The translations under genes and the position numbers were made by a program. 64,000 nucleotides of DNA, taken from IMG/VR virus record IMGVR_UViG_2711768134_000006; one strand, 5' to 3'. The notes below the pieces were generated by a model. That model did no database searches. It was not told where the DNA came from and was given only the letters and a program-made list of their open reading frames with translations. Position 1 is the stretch's first letter. Each line of letters opens with the position of its first letter. Source of the stretch: an uncultured virus (IMG/VR IMGVR_UViG_2711768134_000006). Taxonomy: Duplodnaviria; Heunggongvirae; Uroviricota; Caudoviricetes. Positions 48,808 to 59,004 of the stretch are shown here, piece by piece.

Positions 48808-49380
48808 CTAACCTTCCACAATAATATAACCTTCTTTATAATGTCTTCCCATATTGTTCACCCTTTTATAATACTTATAATCACTCTCCCCTTTTATTCT
48901 TGGCACAAATACATCTATTGCATTAGAATTTCCAAAATATTTATTAGAACCTCTGTCTTTGACTACCTTTAAATTTCCATCAACTAATATTTTAGTTCCG
49001 AATTTAAGATGATTATTGGCCACAAACCCATATTGTAATTTTTCTCCTGTAGCTGTAATAGCTCCATATTTACTATTTTCACAGTTTAAAGAAGTATAGT
49101 AACTTACTTCCCATGTTACAGGAATTAATTTTTCTATTTTTATTCCTAAGTCCTTTTCTAAATTAATTCTCTTGATTTCTAATTTATATTCAGAACTATT
49201 TTTGTGTTGCTCCCACTCATATTTATACATTAAGTTAATATTTTTAGCTGTATCTGCTACAATATTTTTATCCATCCTGCTAGTACTCATTTCTTTAGTA
49301 TTAGCAAATATATGTATGCTACTACCCATTACTAAAACACTTGTTACTAATATATTTCTCCACCTCATAAAGACCTCCAA
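48808..49380 (-). CDS. Secreted 3D-domain (MltA-like) protein
   Basis: Signal peptide; ITATG, FGTKI, V.DRG and IDVF motifs. Confidence 0.8.
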   Translation of the reverse strand: MEVFMRWRNILVTSVLVMGSSIHIFANTKEMSTSRMDKNIVADTAKNINLMYKYEWEQHKNSSEYKLEIKRINLEKDLGIKIEKLIPVTWEVSYYTSLNCENSKYGAITATGEKLQYGFVANNHLKFGTKILVDGNLKVVKDRGSNKYFGNSNAIDVFVPRIKGESDYKYYKRVNNMGRHYKEGYIIVEG

Positions 49381-49385
49381 TCATA

Positions 49386-49403
49386 TTAAAATGATAATTT
49401 TAA
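49386..49403. repeat. Junction site TTAAAA-TGATAA-TTTTAA
   Basis: Intergenic; flank CCTCCAAT(T)CATA shared with the 33181 site. Confidence 0.65.
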
Positions 49404-49411
49404 ATACTTAT

Positions 49412-49567
49412 TTATTCTTCAAGAGCATCATCTAACTCTTCGTCTGTTGGCTTTCTCCCTTCTCCATTCCATTCAAAAGCATCTTCTAAATATGCATTTG
49501 GATTATAACAACAATAATCGCAATCTCTATTTTTATTCTCACATCTTTCTTTAAATTTACAACTCAT
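49412..49567 (-). CDS. Small Cys-rich protein (51 aa, MSCKFKERCENK...)
   Basis: Hand-translated; AGGAGG RBS. Confidence 0.6.
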   Translation of the reverse strand: MSCKFKERCENKNRDCDYCCYNPNAYLEDAFEWNGEGRKPTDEELDDALEE

Positions 49568-49576
49568 TCTAACCTC

Positions 49577-50008
49577 CTAAATTTCTTTATTATTTATTTT
49601 ATCTAATACTAAATTCACCTGTTTATTTGCTTTTTTAACTTCAATTCTTGCTAGACATAACTCAACACCTTTATTTAAATTAAATTCATCTGTATCATGG
49701 CAAGTAGAGGATGCTTTAAAATTTCCTTTTCTAACTTCTACTTTTTTCCCATTTGTTCTATATAGATATGCTCCAGAGAAATCTCCTCTTATAGACCATG
49801 CACCCCATTCATATTTTTTCTTTTGTTGAACAATTTCAAAATATGCTTCAAATTCACTATAGTTCATAAAACCTATTCCATAATCTGTTTTAAAATGTAT
49901 AGCTCCATTATTTCCCACAGATGTAATAATAAATATATCTCCTATTTTTAACATCTCAAAACCTTGTATTTCTTTCATTAATCTTATTTTAGTTCCTTCT
50001 ATTAACAT
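49577..50008 (-). CDS. Hypothetical phage protein
   Basis: S.CH..DEF....G..L...R motif. Confidence 0.65.
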   Translation of the reverse strand: MLIEGTKIRLMKEIQGFEMLKIGDIFIITSVGNNGAIHFKTDYGIGFMNYSEFEAYFEIVQQKKKYEWGAWSIRGDFSGAYLYRTNGKKVEVRKGNFKASSTCHDTDEFNLNKGVELCLARIEVKKANKQVNLVLDKINNKEI

Positions 50009-51123
50009 ATTTTCTTCATCCTTTCTATTCTATTATTATATTTATCAATTGCTTCTTGCTCTCTTTCATTGACATCTCTATTATATTTACCTTTAGCTTG
50101 GACTATTTTGCCATTTCTAACTTCAATTGTTACTAAACTTTTACTTGGATTATCCTTTTTTCTCATAAATAATATATGACATTTTCCATCTATAACATTT
50201 TGAATATAACTACTTACACAATTATTTTGTTGTACTGCTTCATCTTTAATTTCATTTGTATTTTTAGGGTATATAAATTTATAATCTTGATATGAATATT
50301 CTAGTGACTTGTCTATTCTTTTATTAAATACTTCTTCTTCAAATTGAGTTTTAAGACGATTATAATTTCGAGATGCTATTTTATGAGTTGTTAAGAAATG
50401 TCTTGGATATTTTTCATATTTATCACTTATTACACTCATCATAACAACATAGTCATATAATTCGTTTAGAGTGCTTTCAAGCCCATTTAATGCTTCATAT
50501 GTCATCAGATTATCTATATAATTTATAAGTGATTGAGGTTTATATTTATATATGTCTATTAATCTATCAAATATCATTCTATCATAACCAGAATCAAGAA
50601 TTGAAATTAAATTAGTTTTTCTTATTGAATTCAATTCTAAGCTTAATAAATTATTATATAAATTTGGGTTTTTACTATACCCTTGTATCAATCGGTCACT
50701 CAAAGTAATACTATGATTCCTACAGATAGAAATAAGACCTTTAGGTATACTCTTAATATCACAATGTATCGGATAAATTATTTTTTTTAATCCTGCTGAG
50801 AATAATTGTTCATACTCAGAATAATTATTTATTTCATTTAAAAAACTTCCTATATTTCTTATTCTTTCAACTCTCCTTCCCCAAGTTCTGCTACTCTTAC
50901 TTCTATTTACTCTTCCGTCTACAAAATTTAAAAAACACTTATAATTTTCATCTTCAAAAGAATTTATTACCTCATGTAAATCATATCCTCTAAGCTGAGT
51001 GCATACATCTTTTACAATCCTTCCAGATTTACCAATACATTCTCCTGTTGCTAAATTATATTTTACATTCTTCCCATCTTCAAATTCAAATACTAAAAAC
51101 TGTTTTTCTTTATAAGATTTCAA
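50002..51123 (-). CDS. PcfJ-like domain protein
   Basis: E...Q.NCV.SY...C.ILFMR...SLVTIEV...VQA.G..N C-terminus. Confidence 0.8.
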   Translation of the reverse strand: MKSYKEKQFLVFEFEDGKNVKYNLATGECIGKSGRIVKDVCTQLRGYDLHEVINSFEDENYKCFLNFVDGRVNRSKSSRTWGRRVERIRNIGSFLNEINNYSEYEQLFSAGLKKIIYPIHCDIKSIPKGLISICRNHSITLSDRLIQGYSKNPNLYNNLLSLELNSIRKTNLISILDSGYDRMIFDRLIDIYKYKPQSLINYIDNLMTYEALNGLESTLNELYDYVVMMSVISDKYEKYPRHFLTTHKIASRNYNRLKTQFEEEVFNKRIDKSLEYSYQDYKFIYPKNTNEIKDEAVQQNNCVSSYIQNVIDGKCHILFMRKKDNPSKSLVTIEVRNGKIVQAKGKYNRDVNEREQEAIDKYNNRIERMKKIC

Positions 51124-51201
51124 ATATTAATCACTACCTCCTTTACATCTTGATGACAATTGTATGACATAAGTTATTTTTCCACCTATGTAATAATCAT
51201 T

Positions 51202-51510
51202 TTAGATTTTTTTAGAATTTATATATTTTTCTTTTAAACCTTTATTACCTCTTGTTTCCATAATTTTATTTATAGATTTTATATAGTTTATATCATTAGA
51301 AATTCTCTTAAGACTTGTTATAAAGTAGACAGAATAGCTTCTTGGTATCTTCTTTTTGATAGCTAAATCAATTACTGTTCTAGCAGCATTGTAACTTTTT
51401 AAATGAGTATGCCCTTCTTCAAATTTTTTATTTGTATTATAAACAATATATCCAGTTTTACATTTGATAATAATATATTCTTTTTTCTCATATATTTTAT
51501 TTGTATCCAT
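51202..51510 (-). CDS. Hypothetical phage protein
   Basis: YIVYNT.K.F..GHTH motif; coupled to the upstream ORF. Confidence 0.65.
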   Translation of the reverse strand: MDTNKIYEKKEYIIIKCKTGYIVYNTNKKFEEGHTHLKSYNAARTVIDLAIKKKIPRSYSVYFITSLKRISNDINYIKSINKIMETRGNKGLKEKYINSKKI

Positions 51511-51761
51511 TACAAATCCTCAATTTTATGCCATATCATTTCTAACTTTCCATGTTTTCTATTTAGCCTTCTTCTAATTTCATATGCAGATTTAATTTCT
51601 TCTTTTACATTTTGCCACTTATCTAAAACTTCTTCATATTCTTTATTCTCTTCTTTTAAAAATAGTATTTCTTCATTCAATTCACTAATTTTGATATTTA
51701 ACTCTCTGTTCTTTTCTAATAAATTATAATATCTTTGTTCATCTATAAGTATTGAAATCAC
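51510..51761 (-). CDS. Hypothetical coiled-coil protein
   Basis: Co-directional ORF. Confidence 0.55.
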   Translation of the reverse strand: MISILIDEQRYYNLLEKNRELNIKISELNEEILFLKEENKEYEEVLDKWQNVKEEIKSAYEIRRRLNRKHGKLEMIWHKIEDL

Positions 51762-51776
51762 TACCTTTCACAAACT

Positions 51777-51853
51777 TCGTATATGCCATTTTAAGCAATA
51801 AAGGTATAAACACAAGCAGTCATTTTTACAAAACCTTAGAATGTCATATACGA
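51777..51853 (+). repeat. Dispersed inverted-repeat element, copy C
   Basis: TCGTATATGCCATTTTAAG / CTTAGAATGTCATATACGA, 19-bp arms with 2 mismatches. Confidence 0.65.
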
Positions 51854-51869
51854 GACCATGTTTTTTAAT

Positions 51870-51887
51870 TTAAAACTGACATTTTAT
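51870..51887. repeat. Junction site TTAAAA-CTGACA-TTTTAT
   Basis: Contains the stop codon 51884-51886. Confidence 0.65.
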
Positions 51888-52093
51888 AGTTTATATTTTC
51901 CATCATCCCTTGGATATAGAAATTTTATATCTTTAAGGTCTAAACCATTTCTCTCGTAATAATTCTTTGCTCTTATACATTCTCCTGGCGACACTCCATA
52001 TAATTTAATTAAATCTCTAAAATTTATAAAATGTTTTTGGCCATCATTTTTTGATGTAATCTCCCATTCAAATACAACGTATTTAACTTTCAC
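51884..52093 (-). CDS. Hypothetical phage protein
   Basis: S.NDGQ.H.I...L..LYGV...EC...L.PR..G.Y pattern. Confidence 0.65.
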   Translation of the reverse strand: MKVKYVVFEWEITSKNDGQKHFINFRDLIKLYGVSPGECIRAKNYYERNGLDLKDIKFLYPRDDGKYKL

Positions 52094-52107
52094 TTTACAC
52101 CTCTATT

Positions 52108-52701
52108 TCATTGACTTATTAATACTTTTAACTGAGAAAATTTTGGATTATACCCCTTCTGCCATACAAAATGAGCATATTCTATGCTATCTGTCTTTTT
52201 ATCATCTGTAAAACTCATTCTTTTGTTGTGAACAAATATGTATTTAGGCATATTATTTCCCCACAGTCTTTGTCTTACTTTTTCTCCAAGATAATTTAAT
52301 CTTAGCAACATAATAACGAAACCACCTTCTCTTACATCATTTAAAGCTTTATTAATTATATCCAAGCTTAAATTAAAGGGAGGATTAGTAATAATTACAT
52401 CGTATTTTTCTTTGGGCTGAAACTTTAAATAATCTTGCTTTACATTTGCCCTTGAATCATCTCTTATATCTACTGTATCTATTGAAATATCTTGATTTAA
52501 AAATTCTTGAATTGCAGTTGGATAACTCATTAGATTTGTATTATCTCCACCTGCACATGGGTCTAATATTTTTATATTTGAATTGAGTATATTTTCATAT
52601 CTACTGAACTCAGTTAAAAACTCTTTGATTTTAGTAATTGGAGTTCTATAATAATCACTTACATGAAAATCTCTAGCATTACTTCTATTTGTACTACTTA
52701 T
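52108..52701 (-). CDS. N6-adenine DNA methyltransferase
   Basis: Y.TP, ILDPCAG, ITNPPF and MLLRL motifs; start probably ATA at 52701. Confidence 0.85.
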   Translation of the reverse strand: MSSTNRSNARDFHVSDYYRTPITKIKEFLTEFSRYENILNSNIKILDPCAGGDNTNLMSYPTAIQEFLNQDISIDTVDIRDDSRANVKQDYLKFQPKEKYDVIITNPPFNLSLDIINKALNDVREGGFVIMLLRLNYLGEKVRQRLWGNNMPKYIFVHNKRMSFTDDKKTDSIEYAHFVWQKGYNPKFSQLKVLISQ

Positions 52702-52799
52702 AAATATCACCTCTACTTATTTACCACTTTATCTATTGTTTTGTTTACTAATATTTCATTTATAGTAGCAACAACAAATATAAGTATATCCTCAATATT

Positions 52800-53126
52800 T
52801 TAATCTTGTTTTCCAAAATATTCTTCTAGTGCCTTTATAAATAAATGCTCTTTATTTTTAGCATTTTTTATTATGTTTTTAATATCTTCTACAGTACAAA
52901 CATATTCGTCGCCCCACGAATCCCATCCATTTTGATATGTATGGATTAAAATATATCCATATTCTTTTAACTTCTCATCTATCTCTACTAAATTATATTG
53001 AGCATCATATAGTCTATATTGGTCGAATTGATTTACATCTTTACTGTGATTCATTGATATAGCACATATAATGTTATAATTTTTTATCTCAAATTTTTCG
53101 TTTTCTAATACATTTACTTTTCTCAT
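52800..53126 (-). CDS. Hypothetical protein
   Basis: AAGGAG RBS directly after the junction site. Confidence 0.6.
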   Translation of the reverse strand: MRKVNVLENEKFEIKNYNIICAISMNHSKDVNQFDQYRLYDAQYNLVEIDEKLKEYGYILIHTYQNGWDSWGDEYVCTVEDIKNIIKNAKNKEHLFIKALEEYFGKQD

Positions 53127-53138
53127 ATATGTATCTCC

Positions 53139-53156
53139 TTAAAATAATACTTTTAA
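53139..53156. repeat. Junction site TTAAAA-TAATAC-TTTTAA
   Basis: Contains the stop 53153-53155 and abuts the RBS of the next gene. Confidence 0.65.
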
Positions 53157-53287
53157 TCTAAGTCATTATTCAATAATAATAATGCTATAAGACAAAATCC
53201 ATTAAGTAGTATCCCATTAGTATTATCTTGCAAGTAATTAGCTACCATACAACCTAAATTAAAAATTGCAGCAATATTTAAAATCAA
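53153..53287 (-). CDS. Small hydrophobic protein (44 aa)
   Basis: Hand-translated; TTG start with AAGGAG RBS. Confidence 0.5.
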   Translation of the reverse strand: MILNIAAIFNLGCMVANYLQDNTNGILLNGFCLIALLLLNNDLD

Positions 53288-53304
53288 ATTAATACTCCTT
53301 TCTT

Positions 53305-53472
53305 TTATTCTTTTTTGTCAATATATATACTACTTGATGGTATAAGAATCCAGATTAGCAACCATGCTAAGGTATTGATTGGATATGTTGTATCTAAGAA
53401 TTGAAATTGTGGGAAGTTTAAAATATCTACTACCCAAATTATTATAAGAATTGTTTTTAAGACTTTAAACAT
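53305..53472 (-). CDS. Small membrane protein (55 aa, MFKVLKTILIIIW...)
   Basis: Hand-translated; AGGAGAG RBS. Confidence 0.6.
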   Translation of the reverse strand: MFKVLKTILIIIWVVDILNFPQFQFLDTTYPINTLAWLLIWILIPSSSIYIDKKE

Positions 53473-53483
53473 TTAACTCTCCT

Positions 53484-53768
53484 TTATTTATTAGATGAAT
53501 TTTCTTCTATTACTACATGAGCATTACATATAATCACCCTTTTACCATCAAAATCTAGTGTTATAGTACCACCATCTCCATCTTTAACTCTCATGCTTTT
53601 ACTTGTATATGTTTTTAATACCTCGCCATTATCTGAATATACATTTACAGTTCTATTAAGCCCTGATACATCACTTTCAGCATCTTTCATTGAGCTTTGT
53701 ATCCCTGTACATCCAGACATTCCTATTAACATTGTTCCTAATACCCCTATTAATAAAAATCTTTTCAA
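53484..53768 (-). CDS. Putative lipoprotein
   Basis: Signal peptide with lipobox MSGC; GL.R.V.VY..NG motif. Confidence 0.7.
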   Translation of the reverse strand: MKRFLLIGVLGTMLIGMSGCTGIQSSMKDAESDVSGLNRTVNVYSDNGEVLKTYTSKSMRVKDGDGGTITLDFDGKRVIICNAHVVIEENSSNK

Positions 53769-53867
53769 TATAATTTCACTCCTTTATTTTTAATTGAATT
53801 GTAAATAAGAATATATATTTAGAATTTTTGAATTGGTTAAATGAATTTCTTAGAATTGAAATTTTGA

Positions 53868-54321
53868 TTAATCATTTACAACATTATATTTATCATCTTC
53901 TCTCCATCCAAAATTATATGGTTTTATAATATTACATATTATATCTTTGCATAAACACATATAGTCTTCAATACTATCTTCAGAGTCACTATCTTGTATA
54001 TTTATTAATGTATCACAGCCACTACAGCTTCCATAACCAACATATGTCATAAGATATTCATATTCATTAGGTTGGTATGTTTTTTTAGGTATTAAATATA
54101 ATAAAGTACCTTGATAATGTCCATTATCTATTTCACTTATATTGTCGACATCCCACTCATCATCTTCATTTATATTGTCATTCAAAATATGTTTTACAGA
54201 TAATTTAACCAAATCTTCATAGCTACAGTAACTATCACGATTAATGAAATCAGACTCTAACAATGCTTCATGTAATCTTGTTTTATTTTTTTATCCACTT
54301 TTCTTTACAATATTTTATCAT
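53868..54321 (-). pseudogene. Hypothetical gene split by a +1 frameshift in an A7 run
   Basis: RBS and ATG at 54321 give MIKYCKEKWIKK-stop; removing one A joins this to the 131-aa ORF. Confidence 0.55.
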
Positions 54322-54332
54322 TTAGCTCTCCT

Positions 54333-54683
54333 TTAAATATTATTTAGATTTTCTATTTGAATTGTTCCAGTAGCACAATCTATATGTTGCCCAAGAATAG
54401 ATGTTAAGCAACAATCTATATCATCTACTACTATTTTTATATGAGGGTCTATTTTTAAAGATATTCCATTTATGGCTTTTGTATCATATATTTTACTTCC
54501 ATTAAACATGTATTCTTTAAAGGTTCTTGGGTTTATTATATCTAAATTCATTGTTTTTGCTAAACTAATTATGTAATTTTTATTAGCAATAGAATGACAT
54601 AATATAAGTGCATTATTTTCATAAGCATACTTTATTAATGCAGTAGTTTTCCCACTACTTCTGTTTCCATTTATTAATTTCAT
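54333..54683 (-). CDS. Small P-loop NTPase-like protein
   Basis: GNRSSGKTT and IVVDD motifs. Confidence 0.65.
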   Translation of the reverse strand: MKLINGNRSSGKTTALIKYAYENNALILCHSIANKNYIISLAKTMNLDIINPRTFKEYMFNGSKIYDTKAINGISLKIDPHIKIVVDDIDCCLTSILGQHIDCATGTIQIENLNNI

Positions 54684-54699
54684 AATTATTTTTCTCCTA

Positions 54700-54717
54700 T
54701 TAAAATATTTATTTTAA
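54700..54717. repeat. Junction site TTAAAA-TATTTA-TTTTAA
   Basis: Overlaps the stop of the 54709 ORF and abuts the next RBS. Confidence 0.6.
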
Positions 54718-56294
54718 TTCTATTACTACCTTGTCACCTTCATCATTAGTTACAGTTAATTCATATCTTAATTTTATCCAATCTTGAATGCCTCTAAGTA
54801 TACCATCCTCATCAAAAAATGTTACATACTTTAAGTCGCTTGATGGATGCTCCTTATTAGTCCTCATATCATAAGCCATTGTCTTAATCATTAGTACCTC
54901 CTTTAAATTTAACTTCCTCCTGATTTAACAATTCTTTTAGCAATTTATTATATAGTTCTCTACTTATATACTTAAATTCTGGTTTCCCTCCTATTTGCCT
55001 AAGACCTATACTATAACTATCTGTTTTTATATCATTAACTAACGTAACTTGTAAGTTACCATTTTTTAATATAACATTTCTTTCAAAATCCATAGCTCCC
55101 TCCAATTAAATATTATTTTACTCTTTCATTATACTTACCTCTTAGGTAATGTAAATCTTTCCATGCCCTATCAAACTTACTATCTCTTTTAAATATGTAT
55201 TTTCCTTCTTCATTTTTTGTATATTCAAATCCTAACCAGACTAAAAAATCAGCAACATTTCTATAATTAACAATTCTTGTCTTTTCCATTTTATAATTCT
55301 TCCTCCAATTTGTTTATTCTGCATCATATATTTTCATATCAATTTTATTTGTCTTAGGATGTACTTTTTCAAAATCTGTATCTATTTCAAATTTAGGTCT
55401 AAAATCACCATCTCCATCTGAGTAAATACCTACTATTTTACTAGAACCTACATCTCCTAAATTTTCCATCATTTTAAGCATAGAACAAAAATCATTAATC
55501 CATCTTTCTTCCATTTTAATTTTTATTGTTATTTCTTTTTCCATAATATACTCCTTCTTTTTTAAAAACGTTTCTTTCTATATGATTTAATGTTTAATCC
55601 ATAATATTCATCAACTGTAGTTATGCTTTTATAATCATCTCTATTTTTTACTTCATTTAATAATTCAATTATAGTTGACATATCCTTATATGTTAATTTA
55701 GAGTTTATATTCCAATCATGAAATAAGTTATTTATAGATTCAATATGCATGTTTCGTATATCTATTGTATCTCTTCTTTTATTTTCTTCAATTATCTCAA
55801 TTATTTTAGCAGTACATTTTTCGCATACTGGAGTAGAAACAAATAACTTATCATATACATCACATTTATTACTATTTGTTTTACAAAATGCACATTCTTC
55901 CCATTCTTCACTATAATGTCCCATTTAATCATCTCCTTAATTATTTTTTATATTCCCATTCATCAAATTCTTCTTTATCTTCATAAGCACACATTTCTGA
56001 CCAACCACAATCACAATGTAGTGGTTCATAGCAAAATCCTACGCCTACATCTATACCATCTGCATAAGCAATCCCTCCACATCTAAAACTCATACACATC
56101 ACTCCTTCTTAATTTTATTTAAATCTTTGAATCTTAATATCTTGTCTTAGATGTTCTACCATATTGACTATTTCTTTTTCTGAATATTCCTTTCCATATA
56201 TTGTATCCATATAAAATTGAAATTGCTCTTTGTCATAATGAACAAATCCTATCATATACATTATTAAACCTATCTGACTATCATCTAATCTCAT
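54709..56294 (-). CDS. Run of small hypothetical genes (54709-54891, 54884-55105, 55113-55289, 55314-55544, 55562-55924, 55941-56093, 56115-56294)
   Basis: Each has a GGAG-type RBS and all are co-directional; three were hand-translated. Confidence 0.6.
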
Positions 56295-56446
56295 AATTAC
56301 TCCTATATAACAAAATCTTAATTCTAATCATTTATATAATTAAATTATATTTTAATATTTTTTGTCATATACAATTCCCACCTCCACCATATATTTCTTT
56401 TATTTCACTTATTTTCACTCAATATATATACTCTTTCATATTGTCC

Positions 56447-56611
56447 TCATTTCTTTATTATTGTAATATCATTTAAATCGATTTTACATGTATTTAAACT
56501 CTTCATATAAGAAACTATAGGTTCTACTATATTCTCAATGTCTTCATATTAGACTCTAACTATATCGCAATTATCATTTTCTTCATTATCTATAAATTCA
56601 ACATAAATTAA
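56447..56611 (-). pseudogene. Decayed paralog of the middle of ORF 62734-63270
   Basis: DIENIVEPIVSYMKSLNTCKIDLNDITI versus DIEDVVKPIIHYIKSLNKNSLDLNGITI; internal stop; no start. Confidence 0.7.
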
Positions 56612-56660
56612 TTAGGCATATCTTTTTTTATCCTTTTGATTTTATTTAAATAACAAGATT

Positions 56661-57914
56661 CTAATTGCTTTTAAAATTATAAATTGGCTTTAACACCTCC
56701 ATTATCTCAATAGTATCTCCTATATTGTTTAAGATGTCCTCTATAGGTTTGTATGCTTGTGGTGCTTCATCTAGTGTTGATTGACCTACGCAAGTTGTAA
56801 ATATTTCTTTCATAGATTCTTCAAATTCATCTAAAGATATTTTTTCTTTAGCTTTTCCTCTTGATAAAATTCTTCCTGCTCCATGTGGTGCTGAATAATT
56901 CCACTCAGAATTACCTTTACCTTTTCCTAATATAATCCCATCTCTCATGTTTACTGGAATTATTACTGTTTCATCTTTATTTGCAGAAATTGCTCCTTTT
57001 CTAAGTATTTTACTATCCATATCTATATAGTTATGAATACATTCTATAACATCACATTTAATATCTCTTATAAAATGGTCATAATTTACATCTAGGCTGT
57101 TATATTTAAACAATATATCCGCAATTATAACCATTCTATTTGCAACAGCGTATTTTTGAGCTATACTCATATCATGTAAATAATCTTCCATTAAATCATT
57201 TTCTAAATAACATAAATCATCATGTGGCTTATTCAATTTTCTATCACTAAGGTCTTTCAAATATTTATTTATCAAATGTTCTTTATTGTCTTTTTTTAGA
57301 GTAGATATTAAAAACTCTTTTGCATCATCATATGACTTTTTATATTTTTCAATACAATATTTTATAGCTTTGTCTTGGTAATAATCAGCTATTTGTTTTC
57401 CTAAATTTCTTGAACCTGTATGAACAGTAAGATACATTTGACCTTTTTCACTTTTATCAACTTCTATAAAGTGATTGCCTCCACCTAAAGTTCCTAACGA
57501 CATATATGCTCTATTTTTATTCACCTCGCATCTAAGATTATTTATGTCTATATTAAATAAATTCTTTAATAGTTTTTCTCTTGACTTATTATGTATTTTA
57601 AATCCATGAGGAATATAATCTCTTATAATCTTATCTAATTTTGTATAATTTATATTATTAATATATTTTTCTAATGGAATAGTAGCCATTCCACAACCTA
57701 TATCCACCCCTACCAGATTTGGCACTACTTTATTACTTATAGTCATTGTCGTTCCTATTGTACATCCTTTACCAGCATGACAATCAGGCATAATTCTTAT
57801 ACTAGATTCTTTAAATTCCTTTTGATTACATAAATTTATTATTTGACTTATTGTTGTACTATCTACATTATCTGTAAATATTTTTGCTTTATTATATTTT
57901 CCTTTAATTTCCAT
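56661..57914 (-). CDS. rtcB: RtcB RNA ligase
   Basis: MPDCH, VGVDIGCG, LGGGNHF, HTGSR, HNY, RKGA, HGAGR and DEAP.AYK motifs. Confidence 0.95.
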   Translation of the reverse strand: MEIKGKYNKAKIFTDNVDSTTISQIINLCNQKEFKESSIRIMPDCHAGKGCTIGTTMTISNKVVPNLVGVDIGCGMATIPLEKYINNINYTKLDKIIRDYIPHGFKIHNKSREKLLKNLFNIDINNLRCEVNKNRAYMSLGTLGGGNHFIEVDKSEKGQMYLTVHTGSRNLGKQIADYYQDKAIKYCIEKYKKSYDDAKEFLISTLKKDNKEHLINKYLKDLSDRKLNKPHDDLCYLENDLMEDYLHDMSIAQKYAVANRMVIIADILFKYNSLDVNYDHFIRDIKCDVIECIHNYIDMDSKILRKGAISANKDETVIIPVNMRDGIILGKGKGNSEWNYSAPHGAGRILSRGKAKEKISLDEFEESMKEIFTTCVGQSTLDEAPQAYKPIEDILNNIGDTIEIMEVLKPIYNFKSN

Positions 57915-57966
57915 TTATTCTCCTTCCAATCCTTTTTTAACATATCTACACTCCTTTAATAATCTT

Positions 57967-58398
57967 TTAAGATATCTCGACCCCCTTTAAAATAAATTCG
58001 GATTTATCATCGCTTAAACTAATGTACCAATTATCATATTTCTCTTTAATATGACAATTGTCATACCATAGTATTTTTCCTATAACTTGGTTATCTACTA
58101 TTGCTACATCCATTATAATTCCTACAACTTCATCTTTATAAAAATCATTTACTCTATCAGCATCTCTATAATCTGATAATTCTTGATTTGGATTATATAT
58201 AACTGGTGCATTTTTAAAAGTATGTATAGATTTTTCAACCATAGCTTTAGTTATTTCTATATTATGGCCTTTGGATATATCCATAACAATCATATTTGTG
58301 CTTACATAATTAGTATTAATATTCATCATATTCTCCTTTTTAATTTTATTTAAATAGTAAAACTCCATGAAAAGGCTTATATTCTTTTTTATATACAT
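57967..58398 (-). CDS. Hypothetical protein (start uncertain)
   Basis: An AAGGAG RBS near 58335 suggests a later ATG than the ORF track gives. Confidence 0.55.
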   Translation of the reverse strand: MYIKKNISLFMEFYYLNKIKKENMMNINTNYVSTNMIVMDISKGHNIEITKAMVEKSIHTFKNAPVIYNPNQELSDYRDADRVNDFYKDEVVGIIMDVAIVDNQVIGKILWYDNCHIKEKYDNWYISLSDDKSEFILKGVEIS

Positions 58399-58813
58399 TC
58401 ATAAAAAGTAAGACTAGTTTTATTTGCTCTGTAATGAAATTTTGGATAGTTTTATTTGAAGTGTTTACATCTACTATTACACATTCACCCCTGTACCCTC
58501 TCAACTCCTGATAATTTATATCCCTATCAAATATTAAAAATTTTATTAATCTATCTGTGTTAAGAACTTTTAACTCTATTTCTATATTGTGTTTGATTCT
58601 ATTTCTATGCTTTATTAGAGTATATTTATTTTTTATAGCTGCTCTTATTAATTCTTTGTAGACAAGTTGTTTGTTTGTAGTAAAAATTATTATTGTTTCT
58701 CCTTGTTTAATATCATCTTCATGAGTTTCGTTAGAAAAACTATTTATCAATGTATCATAAATATTTTCATTGTTGTATTTGAATATTTCTTTATTTATTA
58801 TCATATCAAACAT
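58346..58813 (-). CDS. Hypothetical protein
   Basis: AAGGAG RBS; LRGYRG...VD motif. Confidence 0.6.
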   Translation of the reverse strand: MFDMIINKEIFKYNNENIYDTLINSFSNETHEDDIKQGETIIIFTTNKQLVYKELIRAAIKNKYTLIKHRNRIKHNIEIELKVLNTDRLIKFLIFDRDINYQELRGYRGECVIVDVNTSNKTIQNFITEQIKLVLLFMNVYKKEYKPFHGVLLFK

Positions 58814-58901
58814 GTTTTATCTAAGCTCCTTTCTTGTAAAATCTAAACTATTTATTCTTGTCAAATTTACCATCAATAGCTATTTCTCACTTTTTCATTT
58901 C

Positions 58902-58986
58902 AAATTATAATACTATAAAAATAACTCCTAGTATTATAATTTCATATTAATAATATAAGTCAATTTACACTTATATTATTAATGTG
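58902..58986. repeat. Two abutting long palindromes
   Basis: 14-bp perfect arms (58902-58942) and 18-bp arms with 1 mismatch (58943-58986). Confidence 0.7.
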
Positions 58987-59004
58987 CTCATTTTTAATTA
59001 AATC

